From a virus (lineage: Duplodnaviria; Caudoviricetes), in IMG/VR virus record IMGVR_UViG_3300050159_000048: a stretch of 64,000 bases of DNA; one strand, 5' to 3'. The notes under the pieces were generated by a model. That model was not told the DNA's origin, ran no database searches, and was given only the letters and a program-made list of their open reading frames with translations. The translations under genes and the position numbers were made by a program. Shown in pieces: positions 30,372-38,711 of the stretch. Numbering within the stretch: the stretch's first letter is position 1; each line of letters begins with the position of its first letter.

Positions 30372-30622
30372 TAGTCGTCAGAATAGCGACTAGTTTTGGT
30401 GTGCTTAGAAGAGGAGGCTTGATATTCGTCAGCCTCCTCTTCGTCCATCTGCTGAGTGTAAGCAGCCCACTCGTGCACCGTGTCGAACGACTTGTATTCA
30501 AACGGATCCCAGACAGAACCGTCGTCGGGATCGATTTCGATCCCGTATTCTTCCATCAGTTGTTCAACGGACATAACGTGTGCGTCATGCAGAACAGTAC
30601 TCTGCATGTGGTGCTTTGACAT
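30368..30622 (-). CDS. Small acidic hypothetical protein
   Basis: 84 aa, AGGAG RBS, TAAATA at 30661-30666. Confidence 0.7.
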   Translation of the reverse strand: MSKHHMQSTVLHDAHVMSVEQLMEEYGIEIDPDDGSVWDPFEYKSFDTVHEWAAYTQQMDEEEADEYQASSSKHTKTSRYSDDY

Positions 30623-30673
30623 GGAAACTCCTAGAGGGGATTGTTAGTACTACGAGTGGATATTTATTTCAAA

Positions 30674-32020
30674 TCACAGAGTTGCGTAGATGTTTTTGGT
30701 ATAGTTACCCAAAATCTCTTGCAATTCAGAGATATAAACCTTCTTCCGTTTGTCTTCGGAAGACAACAGATCGAGATATGTTTGCAGCTCAGCTTCCGCA
30801 TCCTTGATTCGCTGCTCATTTTTGAGGCGCTCCTCTTCCGTGAAACGGTAAATGGGCAGATCAGCAATGTAATCAATGTGGACGATGCCAATACCGGCCA
30901 GCAATTCCTTTAGTTCAGACCGTGACTGAGTCTTGCCAGCAGTTGCACTGATCTTGTGCTTGATTGCGGTGCGGATGTCGTAGTACCGCTGCAGGTCTAG
31001 CTTGATCAAGTCACGCAACCGCTCATAACGCTGCACGTACCACCCAAGACGCCAATCCGTAAATTGACGAATCAAATCTACGGGATTGGTGCTCATAATG
31101 CTATCCCCAGAGAAGTCAACCAGATTCAAGTTCTCTGTGTGGCGGCACGTCAGCTTCAACATCTGAATGAGTGTTTCTTCGGTGTAATCCTTCAGAAATC
31201 CACGTCGGAATTTGACATCAATGTTGATTGTATTGCGTGAATTATCGACGTAGTCAACGAGCGTGTCACCTTCGAGAAGGGCGTCAAGACTTTCGAGGAA
31301 TTTCGCGTGAGATAGTCCGTACGGAAGGGATGTTACCTTTGCTTCGGTTGTGTTCTTGATTACAACCGAACCAGAGAATACGTACACGTTATCCTTCACC
31401 GGGATTCCCGCCTGCTGCAGAGGCATGAACTTGGGGAGCGGTGAAGAGATACGTTTAGCACCCTTCAGGTGGGCGATTTGGGCTAGAATGATGTCATCTA
31501 AGGCACGAGGCAAGATCGATGTCGCATACCCCAACGCAATGCCTTCGGCTGGGTTGATCATGGATACAGGAACCAATGGCAAGAAATGGGTCGGTTCATC
31601 CACCGTGCCATCATAGTTCTTCTGCATAGGAACAACTTCAATGTCGCGGAAGACCACATCCTTGGTGAATTTGGATACTTCGACGGAGGTGTATCGACTT
31701 GCACCGTATGCCTTGGGAGCTAGCAGAGTACCGAACGATCCATGCTTCCTGAACAGAGGAATGTTGTTGCCGTACGGAGCAGCCAGCGTATCGATGGCTC
31801 CTTCTGGTGCATCGTGCGGGTGCAGCGGCATTGCGGCACCTGCAAGAGTGGCGCTTTTGTATTTGTGGCCATCACGAGCAATCCACAAAACGCGTCGCGC
31901 CCCTGATTTCAGACCGTCAGCTGCTGACGGAATGGCACGCTGTTGCATCACGTATAGAGCGTAACTCCGTCGGCAATCATTGACGTATTGTGAGCCTTGC
32001 TTCTTGGTCGTCTTACTCAT
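30674..32020 (-). CDS. gp52: DNA topoisomerase II, GyrA/gp52-like subunit
   Basis: DGLKSGARRVL, HPHD, GASRYT catalytic Tyr, GIALGYAT; start MSKTT. Confidence 0.95.
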   Translation of the reverse strand: MSKTTKKQGSQYVNDCRRSYALYVMQQRAIPSAADGLKSGARRVLWIARDGHKYKSATLAGAAMPLHPHDAPEGAIDTLAAPYGNNIPLFRKHGSFGTLLAPKAYGASRYTSVEVSKFTKDVVFRDIEVVPMQKNYDGTVDEPTHFLPLVPVSMINPAEGIALGYATSILPRALDDIILAQIAHLKGAKRISSPLPKFMPLQQAGIPVKDNVYVFSGSVVIKNTTEAKVTSLPYGLSHAKFLESLDALLEGDTLVDYVDNSRNTINIDVKFRRGFLKDYTEETLIQMLKLTCRHTENLNLVDFSGDSIMSTNPVDLIRQFTDWRLGWYVQRYERLRDLIKLDLQRYYDIRTAIKHKISATAGKTQSRSELKELLAGIGIVHIDYIADLPIYRFTEEERLKNEQRIKDAEAELQTYLDLLSSEDKRKKVYISELQEILGNYTKNIYATL

Positions 32021-32712
32021 TTTTGTTCTAGATAGTTGCGAGCTTGAGCACACACGTCACGCAGATTGCGAGGTGCGCTGCCAGTATGTTCAACGCAGAT
32101 GTTGATGTTCCACGGATTTGCAAGCCATTGGTGAATATGACCGTGCACGTTCACGCTGTTGGCCGGAACACTATCCATCGGATAGTGGGTGAAGTGTAGT
32201 TGGTATTCAACACCATCGGGTTCAACAATCGATACAGGAAGGCACAGGTGTCGTTCGTCGAAATCGAGTTCGTACAGCGTGCCGTCGCGATGCATGTCAT
32301 GGTTGCCGACAATTTGGATTTTGTACCCAGGCAAACTATGCAGAATGTCATTCATAGCATTTACGCTACCAAAACAAACGTCTCCACCAAAGATTACAAT
32401 GTCTTCCGGCCCAACAACCGCCAGGTAATTTGCAATCATCACCGCATTCATCTCTTCCTTGGAAGCAAAAGGACGCAACGGTGCTGTGTACTTGATGATG
32501 TTATTGTGACCAAAATGAGTATCGCTCCACACCCAAACATCCCCGCGAAACGGGTCAATTGACGGTGCGGAACTCTCTTGCTTTACGTATGGAGTGATTG
32601 CCTTCCACGCAGCAATGTTCCGCACTTTAGGCGTATCACGCCCGTGATGCACGTCGGGGAGTGTGAGGTCGTCCAGATACCACTTGGTTAGGACTTCTTG
32701 GGTAATCTTCAT
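32017..32712 (-). CDS. Calcineurin-like metallophosphoesterase
   Basis: SDTHFGH, GD, GNHD, HYP, HGHIH; ATGA overlaps at both ends. Confidence 0.9.
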   Translation of the reverse strand: MKITQEVLTKWYLDDLTLPDVHHGRDTPKVRNIAAWKAITPYVKQESSAPSIDPFRGDVWVWSDTHFGHNNIIKYTAPLRPFASKEEMNAVMIANYLAVVGPEDIVIFGGDVCFGSVNAMNDILHSLPGYKIQIVGNHDMHRDGTLYELDFDERHLCLPVSIVEPDGVEYQLHFTHYPMDSVPANSVNVHGHIHQWLANPWNINICVEHTGSAPRNLRDVCAQARNYLEQK

Positions 32713-34601
32713 TTGGTAATCCAATTCTTTCTCACGTCAGCATCATTGCCGAACAGTAGTTCGAGCGTCTGACGCATATTCCCATCATCTACGATAGGAA
32801 TCAACGACTCAGTCTGACCAGATAGGATCATTTCCCAATCTTCAGGAGCCATCGAGCCTAGGCCCTTGTAATAGTCAACGTGATATCCTTTGTACTTGTG
32901 TGCAACAGCTTCATAGTCTGCTCGTGATGCGAAGTGAATCCGCTGCTTCCCTTTCGTCAGACAGACATTGGGTGCACAAAGTCGAAACACAATTGGTTCA
33001 TACGATGCATCAAACATCTCAGGCCAAGATTGGTACAGAGCGCAAACCAATAGAGTAAAAATGTCGTCACCGTCAAAGTCAGCGTCAGTTGCAATTACCA
33101 CCTGTCCGTAGTTCAGCTCACTCCGTCGAACCGACTTGCCAGGGGTAACGCCAATTGCTGCGAATAGTTCCTTCAGCTTACCCATTGCCAGAATTTGGGC
33201 GGGTGTGCAACCCCAAGTGTTGTTGATCTTACCTGTTAGGGCAAATGCGGCTGTAGTGGCCGGATCACGAACTTCACAAATTTGTCCCTTTGCTGACTCA
33301 CCTTCAGTGATCAGTAGGCGACATTCTAGACGGTTGCGACTTGTCGCATCCAGCAGTCCAGGAATTCGTTGGGACTTACGCTTTTCGTGTTCCTCCTGAG
33401 CTTTCTTGTTGGCGCTCTTGTGGTGTCGCTCATTCGCACGTTCTAGTACGGAAGCAAACCAGTCCACGTGCTTTCGAGTGAAAGCTCGCCACTCAGCATC
33501 AATCAAGGTGAACATTTCCTTACGCATGTCAGGACCCGTCAGCCGCGTTTTCGCTTGGCTGTCGTATTCAGGATTGCGTACCTTTAGGCTCGCCAACACC
33601 AACAGTCCTTGCCGGATATCGTTTCGGGTCACTTCTGACTTTGTCTTCTTTGCGTCCTTTTCTAGGTGCGCAATCACACGATCAAAAAATGCATTGAAGA
33701 ACTGAGTGTTACATTTACCACCATCAAACAACAGTGAGCTGTTGACCCACGTGTACATCTGCTCATCCTGACTTTGGTGTGCATCTAGGATCACATAAAT
33801 TTCACCCGTCACGTTTGCAGTGTCCACTTGGAAGCAATACGATTGTTTACCGTCAGCAATTTTGCTGATGATCTCCTGTAGTCCTTTACGGAAGCGATAC
33901 TTTTCGCCGTTGTACACCACCGTTACGTCGGGGTTTGCCATAGCGATCTCAACAGCGCGATTGCGCATGAGGTCGTCAGGCAAGGCCACATTTTTGAACA
34001 CCAGAGGATCGAGCTGGAACGTCACTTCCGTTCCTGTTGTCGTTACTGTAGTGTTTGTGATCTTCGGCGGTGAAACTTTGTCCGCGCCGTCGATGAATTT
34101 TTGATGGTACTTCTTGCCGTCGCGGTAGATCGTGACCTCAAAATCTGAAGAGCAGTAGTTAGTACATGCCGCACCAACACCGTTCTGGCCAATCACACCA
34201 ACCATCTTGTCGTCGGAGAAATTTCGGCCTGCCTTCAAGCTACCGAGGGCAACTTCAGGCGTGCGCTTGCCGGTTGCGTGCATATCAATCGGAATGCCAC
34301 GACCATTATCGCCAACCGAATACCAACCGGTTTCCGGCTTGGCATTGAATGTTAACGTCTTGTTCTTCGACGATAGTTGTGAGAATTCATCCAACGCGTT
34401 GTCGACAACTTCACCAATTGCTTTGTACACGGATGGCACAAACTCCACCTCTTTAACGGTGAGCGCGTCACCAGTTAGGATGGGGATATTGTATGTTGTC
34501 GGGGACATGCTACCCAGATAGATTTGGGTGCGCAGACGTACGTGTTCTCGGTCGGACAGGGATAGGATGTCCGCACCAGTGTATTTCTTGTCTTTTGCCA
34601 T
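32709..34601 (-). CDS. gp39: DNA topoisomerase II, GyrB/gp39+60-like subunit
   Basis: EVVDNALDE, DNGRGIP, GQNGVG, ITEGESA, ATDADFDG, YKGLGS; start MAKDK. Confidence 0.95.
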   Translation of the reverse strand: MAKDKKYTGADILSLSDREHVRLRTQIYLGSMSPTTYNIPILTGDALTVKEVEFVPSVYKAIGEVVDNALDEFSQLSSKNKTLTFNAKPETGWYSVGDNGRGIPIDMHATGKRTPEVALGSLKAGRNFSDDKMVGVIGQNGVGAACTNYCSSDFEVTIYRDGKKYHQKFIDGADKVSPPKITNTTVTTTGTEVTFQLDPLVFKNVALPDDLMRNRAVEIAMANPDVTVVYNGEKYRFRKGLQEIISKIADGKQSYCFQVDTANVTGEIYVILDAHQSQDEQMYTWVNSSLLFDGGKCNTQFFNAFFDRVIAHLEKDAKKTKSEVTRNDIRQGLLVLASLKVRNPEYDSQAKTRLTGPDMRKEMFTLIDAEWRAFTRKHVDWFASVLERANERHHKSANKKAQEEHEKRKSQRIPGLLDATSRNRLECRLLITEGESAKGQICEVRDPATTAAFALTGKINNTWGCTPAQILAMGKLKELFAAIGVTPGKSVRRSELNYGQVVIATDADFDGDDIFTLLVCALYQSWPEMFDASYEPIVFRLCAPNVCLTKGKQRIHFASRADYEAVAHKYKGYHVDYYKGLGSMAPEDWEMILSGQTESLIPIVDDGNMRQTLELLFGNDADVRKNWITK

Positions 34602-34602
34602 C

Positions 34603-34857
34603 TTAGTACTTTGGTTGCTTTTCTTGTACACGATGATCAACGATTTCGTTGATCATGTCTAATGCTTGCTGGAGCGCATTATACAGCATTAGATAGGATG
34701 GAGGCGACGACGGGCCGATAATAGTGGAAAGTGTCGACAGTTTCTGGATAGCTAGCTCTTGCTGCTGATTCAGCTGTTCAAGAGACATTGTGTGCCAAAG
34801 ATCGGACCGTAACTCGGTTTTTGGATCGGTTCCTGGGGTATATGAGATCGTAGTCAT
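34603..34857 (-). CDS. Hypothetical protein
   Basis: 84 aa helical ORF; overlaps the SprT 3' end. Confidence 0.55.
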   Translation of the reverse strand: MTTISYTPGTDPKTELRSDLWHTMSLEQLNQQQELAIQKLSTLSTIIGPSSPPSYLMLYNALQQALDMINEIVDHRVQEKQPKY

Positions 34858-35263
34858 TGTGTTTGGTTTCGTCTAGGTTCTGCTCAAGCTTCAGTGTTGT
34901 GGTTCGTCTAATCCGATTTTGGTGTTGAAAGAATGAAGGACCGTGTCCCATCGTTAACTCGTTGAGATGTTCCCACGCGTGAACCATCTCGTGCACCAAA
35001 ATTGTCAAGAACAGTCTGCGCGAATTCAACCGTGGACAAATTGAGAGACGAACCCTCTTATTAGCCAACGGATAGCACCACGCATACGCCTTTCTGTGTT
35101 GGACCAAATCTACCCTCACTGGAGTTGGTAGTTTGCCGTCGAACACGGCAGTATTTAGAACTCTCCACCAATGGGTGACCACAGATGTCGTGAGTGTTAT
35201 TGGCTCAAAACCTCTTCGCCGAAGATGATCTTTTATTCGCTGGCGCGCTACGTGTTGTTCCAT
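34778..35263 (-). CDS. SprT-like metalloprotease
   Basis: LNTAVFDGKL, ILVHEMVH, HGPSF. Confidence 0.85.
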   Translation of the reverse strand: MEQHVARQRIKDHLRRRGFEPITLTTSVVTHWWRVLNTAVFDGKLPTPVRVDLVQHRKAYAWCYPLANKRVRLSICPRLNSRRLFLTILVHEMVHAWEHLNELTMGHGPSFFQHQNRIRRTTTLKLEQNLDETKHNDYDLIYPRNRSKNRVTVRSLAHNVS

Positions 35264-36272
35264 TGCAATACAGTTCCACAAGGGCTTCCGCTATGAAGCC
35301 ACTATATGTATTGGACATGATCGATTTCTGTGTATACAGCAGTCCGTATCGTCCGACAGCCGCATCAACGTCTTTGCAATCGCCAATGTCGGGGAGTGCA
35401 ACAGACCAGCCGAGTTCAAGCGCCTGTTTTGCTAGCAAATGACCGTCACCGAATTTGTCTGGAATTACTACCTTGGTGCGGTGCGATCTATTGATCCACC
35501 TAATTTGATTGGCGGTCATCTTGTTGCTAAAAACAGCAACACCGTTCATGTGGTAGGCATCAAACCACCCTTCTGTGATGTACAGCGGCTCATCTACATG
35601 TTGGTTGATTTCGCGATAGTCTGACAGAATGTTATCGCGCGCCACGTTAGGATTTAGGTACTTCTTCACATGCAAGTCGGTGAGGTCTCGACCTTGCCAG
35701 AAGATCACGTTCCCGTCCTTGTAGAACGGAATGATCAACCGACCGTACCACCTGTCGTTGTCAGGGTGCTCTACCTTCCGAACAAGATAGAACGGTTGAG
35801 ATTTCCAATTCACGTGCCGTGATTGCAGATATTCGATAGCGTATTGAGCCCACTCGTCCGTTGGATCGTCTGTTAGCGGATAGAAGAACGGCAGCAATTG
35901 CAGAACTGCTGGCTCCATTGCTGTCAGTTCAACACGCTGCTCGGTTGGCGTAGTGCCGTCTACCCGCTGAACGAGGGAGTTGAACAGTACTGGCTCCCAG
36001 TCCACTTTGGGAATGTCAAACGCGTCTAATACAGCCATCATGTCTTTCGGCATGGATTGGTGTTTTGCAGGGTCATATCCCGCACCGTGACCACAATTGA
36101 AGCAGTTGTAGCCAACAGCGTCGCCTTCAAACTTGAATCCAGCACGCTTACCCTTCTTACCGTGGTCGTTGCAAACTTTGCATAGCACAGTAAAAAATCC
36201 CCGGCCGTTTGCACGAGCGGGGAGTGAAATGTGATTGCGAATCACTTCTTGTAGGGTTGGAGCTTGAATCAT
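35205..36272 (-). CDS. DNA primase (Zn finger + TOPRIM, gp61-like)
   Basis: CKVC...CFNC zinc ribbon, RLIIPF, QGR, ITEGWFD, PDKFGDG, KDVD. Confidence 0.9.
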   Translation of the reverse strand: MIQAPTLQEVIRNHISLPARANGRGFFTVLCKVCNDHGKKGKRAGFKFEGDAVGYNCFNCGHGAGYDPAKHQSMPKDMMAVLDAFDIPKVDWEPVLFNSLVQRVDGTTPTEQRVELTAMEPAVLQLLPFFYPLTDDPTDEWAQYAIEYLQSRHVNWKSQPFYLVRKVEHPDNDRWYGRLIIPFYKDGNVIFWQGRDLTDLHVKKYLNPNVARDNILSDYREINQHVDEPLYITEGWFDAYHMNGVAVFSNKMTANQIRWINRSHRTKVVIPDKFGDGHLLAKQALELGWSVALPDIGDCKDVDAAVGRYGLLYTQKSIMSNTYSGFIAEALVELYCNGTTRSAPANKRSSSAKRF

Positions 36273-36278
36273 TTTCGT

Positions 36279-36307
36279 ATTATCGCTCCACCCCAACTAA
36301 AGGTCAA
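36279..36307 (-). promoter_or_regulatory. Sigma70-type promoter (possibly leaderless primase transcript)
   Basis: TTGACC-17-GATAAT then 6 nt to ATG 36272. Confidence 0.6.
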
Positions 36308-37053
36308 GCCTTCTTCGCAGGGGCTTTCTTCGCAGGGGCTTTCTTTGCGGGTGTCGGTTTTTGACTTTGAGCAATAGCAGCTTCAATTGCGTCAGCAATC
36401 GCTTGCTCGGCCTTTTGCAGCTCAGCAGCTTCTTCATTCATCTTTTCCACCATCTTTTCCAGACGGGTACGAATCTCAGGAGACTGCATCCACTTGTCCT
36501 CACCGCGAGCGATCCGTTCGTACTCCTCTTCAGTAAGGAAGGGAATGTAGATGTCTTTTGCGAGGGAATTGAACCAGCTAACCGTCGCCTCCAGTTCTGC
36601 AACAAGCTCATTACCCTTACCGATCAGGCCACTGTTGAAGTTGTGGAACATCATCATGCAGTGATCATTCACAACCATCTCGTCACCAGCAAGGAAGATC
36701 AGTGTTCCGAGGGAGTATGCTACACCCTCTAGCACAGTAACTACCTTAGCTTGGCTGTTTTGGATAGCGTTGATGATTTGGACACCAGTGTCCAAATGTC
36801 CGCCTGGTGTGTTCAAATGAATGAAGATCACGTCTGAAGGGCCAGCGGCACTGATTCGATAAATCATGTCCACGTAGTGTTCAGCTTCGCCGATCGTTTT
36901 GCTGATGTAGAAATGCGCATGCTGAGCCGTATACGTCTGCTCAAAATGGCGGTAGGGCTTTTTCTCGAGTTCAGCCAGCGGAAACTTGAGTTCCTGCTGT
37001 TCCTCGTCGTCTCCAGGTGTATTACGGCGTGCCGCTGCGTACTTGTATTGCAT
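36304..37053 (-). CDS. clpP: ClpP-like serine protease with PAKKA-repeat tail
   Basis: LNTPGG, AYSLG (Ser), MMFH (His), EDKWM (Asp); GGAGG RBS; start MQYKY. Confidence 0.85.
   Translation of the reverse strand: MQYKYAAARRNTPGDDEEQQELKFPLAELEKKPYRHFEQTYTAQHAHFYISKTIGEAEHYVDMIYRISAAGPSDVIFIHLNTPGGHLDTGVQIINAIQNSQAKVVTVLEGVAYSLGTLIFLAGDEMVVNDHCMMMFHNFNSGLIGKGNELVAELEATVSWFNSLAKDIYIPFLTEEEYERIARGEDKWMQSPEIRTRLEKMVEKMNEEAAELQKAEQAIADAIEAAIAQSQKPTPAKKAPAKKAPAKKA
36311..36351 (-). repeat. 15 nt tandem repeat encoding PAKKA x3
   Basis: TTCTTCGCAGGGGCT x2 plus a partial degenerate copy. Confidence 0.9.
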
Positions 37054-37115
37054 TCTCGTATTCCCTCCATAAGGTGCAGGTATATACGAGCGAAATGTTG
37101 GGGCGGAGAAACCCA

Positions 37116-37149
37116 AATAACGAGAGCACCCGAAGGTGCTCTCGTTATT
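37116..37149 (-). terminator. Strong hairpin/terminator (UUCG loop on minus strand)
   Basis: 15 bp perfect stem AATAACGAGAGCACC / GGTGCTCTCGTTATT. Confidence 0.75.
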
Positions 37150-37244
37150 AGTTTGGTAATAAGGTTAATCACACCTCATGCCGGTATGTTATTAAGCTGC
37201 AAGGGCACCTTTTTATCAAGGAGCGGATTACACACAGCAAATGG

Positions 37245-37272
37245 AAAGAGGTGGATGTTAGTCCACCTCTTT
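37245..37272 (-). terminator. Terminator after the tmRNA coding piece
   Basis: AAAGAGGTGGA-6 nt-TCCACCTCTTT. Confidence 0.75.
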
Positions 37273-37556
37273 AATCATGTTGGGTTACAAGGTTGATCAG
37301 ACCCCGTGGAGTTTACGCCGCTAGGCGCATTTCTCCGTAAAATGCATCGTTAGCATTTAGTTGATTTGCTTGATTTACGGTCATCGCCTACCGTGCTGTC
37401 CACTTCAATACTCATCGCCCAGTCGAAACCATGACATCCCCATTACAAATCACACCAATTGGTGTGATTTGTGGTGGAGATGGCGGGAGTCGAACCCGCG
37501 TCCTGAACTCTTTCTATCCACTTCTGTTCCTACTTTTGTAGGATGTTCACAGCAAT
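37273..37556 (-). ncRNA. ssrA: Circularly permuted (two-piece) tmRNA gene; tag ANDAFYGEMRLAA
   Basis: Minus strand: acceptor piece ending GACGCGGGTTCGACTCCCGCCATCTCCACCA (CCA at 37472), 30 nt intervening sequence, then coding piece starting GGGGATGTCATGGTTTCGAC (37441); acceptor stem GGGGAUG/CAUCUCC has G3.U70; tag frame 37354-37313. Outer ends approximate. Confidence 0.93.
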
Positions 37557-37561
37557 ACGTC

Positions 37562-37567
37562 TATTTA
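37562..37567 (-). promoter_or_regulatory. TAAATA late promoter motif upstream of tmRNA
   Basis: gTAAATAg just before the acceptor piece. Confidence 0.55.
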
Positions 37568-37587
37568 CTCATATTTTGAGGGAAACG

Positions 37588-37797
37588 TCAACTGTCACAA
37601 TCTAGCGATTCTTCGTCGTCGTGATCAATAATGTGTCTTAGTTGTTGCTTACCTATGTTGCGCTCGCGCTTATGGATCGCATGCTTGATCTTTTTGCGAG
37701 CCTCACGGACTTCTTTCTTATTGGATTGTGTTTCCACCTGACCCAACAAATCGTACGTCTCCTTCAAGTGCTGAGTTCTTTTGTCTTGTTGCTTCAT
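37588..37797 (-). CDS. Small basic/acidic hypothetical protein
   Basis: Start MKQQD after GAGG RBS. Confidence 0.6.
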   Translation of the reverse strand: MKQQDKRTQHLKETYDLLGQVETQSNKKEVREARKKIKHAIHKRERNIGKQQLRHIIDHDDEESLDCDS

Positions 37798-38113
37798 AAT
37801 TGGCCTCGTATTGTTCCACAAGGTAACGCACAATGTCACGAAGTTCGCCGCCAGTCAACTCACAAACCTTCATGACTTGTGTATCTTCGGCACCTAAATG
37901 ATACCGAATGGGATTGATTGAGCCCATATCGTGCCGTTGGGCAATGACGATATTGTCAAAATCAATTTCGTTGTAGCTGTCCCCTTCAGGCACAGTGAAG
38001 AACTCACCTTCACCCTCAATGTAGCCATCCTCGTCAATATTGACAGCGACGAGTACTACTGAGGATTCTCCGGGCTCAGAGGGGACACGAATAATGGCTA
38101 GATCTGGTTTCAT
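37718..38113 (-). CDS. Acidic hypothetical protein
   Basis: 131 aa; 3' end overlaps the next gene. Confidence 0.6.
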   Translation of the reverse strand: MKPDLAIIRVPSEPGESSVVLVAVNIDEDGYIEGEGEFFTVPEGDSYNEIDFDNIVIAQRHDMGSINPIRYHLGAEDTQVMKVCELTGGELRDIVRYLVEQYEANYEATRQKNSALEGDVRFVGSGGNTIQ

Positions 38114-38126
38114 GATTGGTATTCAG

Positions 38127-38711
38127 TTATGTAGTAAGGATACGTACGTCAGCACGGTTTATGTCTTGATGAATGGACAACCGGCTGCAAGCCAATGCCT
38201 CCTCACGAGTTGCGCGGAGAGCATACCATATTCCGTTCTCACGCTTACGAAACCCGGTACCGTGTTGGTATACACCGTCTGCAGCGTTGTAGTATTGAGG
38301 CGGGCTAGGAATGCTGTGATGCTTGGTAAGTGTCCATCCTTGATCAGTATCAGCAGTGTTCCACGTAAAGAAAACAGTCACTGTATTTGGGTCAACAACC
38401 TCAATGCGATGAGCGGTTTTGTTGGTATGGAAAATGACAGAACCTACGTTGTGACGGGTGTATTTGAGCGAGCCGTTGCGGCTCATTGTAGCTTCTGTAT
38501 AGCCACCTCTCACAACAACGGACACGTAGTGGAACGGGTGGGTGTGGAGGAACGGGGTGCGATCAGCTGTCTTGATTTCGTGTATGCGAACGCGAAGCCG
38601 ACCAATGGAGCCCACATGCCAGCGATGCAGATACCCTGGCATGTGGTTGTAAGGTTTGGTGATCTTACGACTTAGTCTTCGCAGCCCAGTCCAAATCCAG
38701 GTCTTCGCCAT
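38127..38711 (-). CDS. Cupin-fold hypothetical protein (start uncertain)
   Basis: LHTHPF...GGYTE...AHRIE cupin motifs. Confidence 0.7.
   Translation of the reverse strand: MAKTWIWTGLRRLSRKITKPYNHMPGYLHRWHVGSIGRLRVRIHEIKTADRTPFLHTHPFHYVSVVVRGGYTEATMSRNGSLKYTRHNVGSVIFHTNKTAHRIEVVDPNTVTVFFTWNTADTDQGWTLTKHHSIPSPPQYYNAADGVYQHGTGFRKRENGIWYALRATREEALACSRLSIHQDINRADVRILTT

Noticed and set aside
37472-37501. tRNA gene suggested by the GGTTCGACTCCC...CCA T-arm/acceptor
   Set aside because: There is no D-arm or anticodon arm upstream. The matching 5' strand lies downstream, which identifies a permuted tmRNA.
38040-38675. 211 aa plus-strand ORF
   Set aside because: It is antisense to the cupin gene and has no motifs or RBS.
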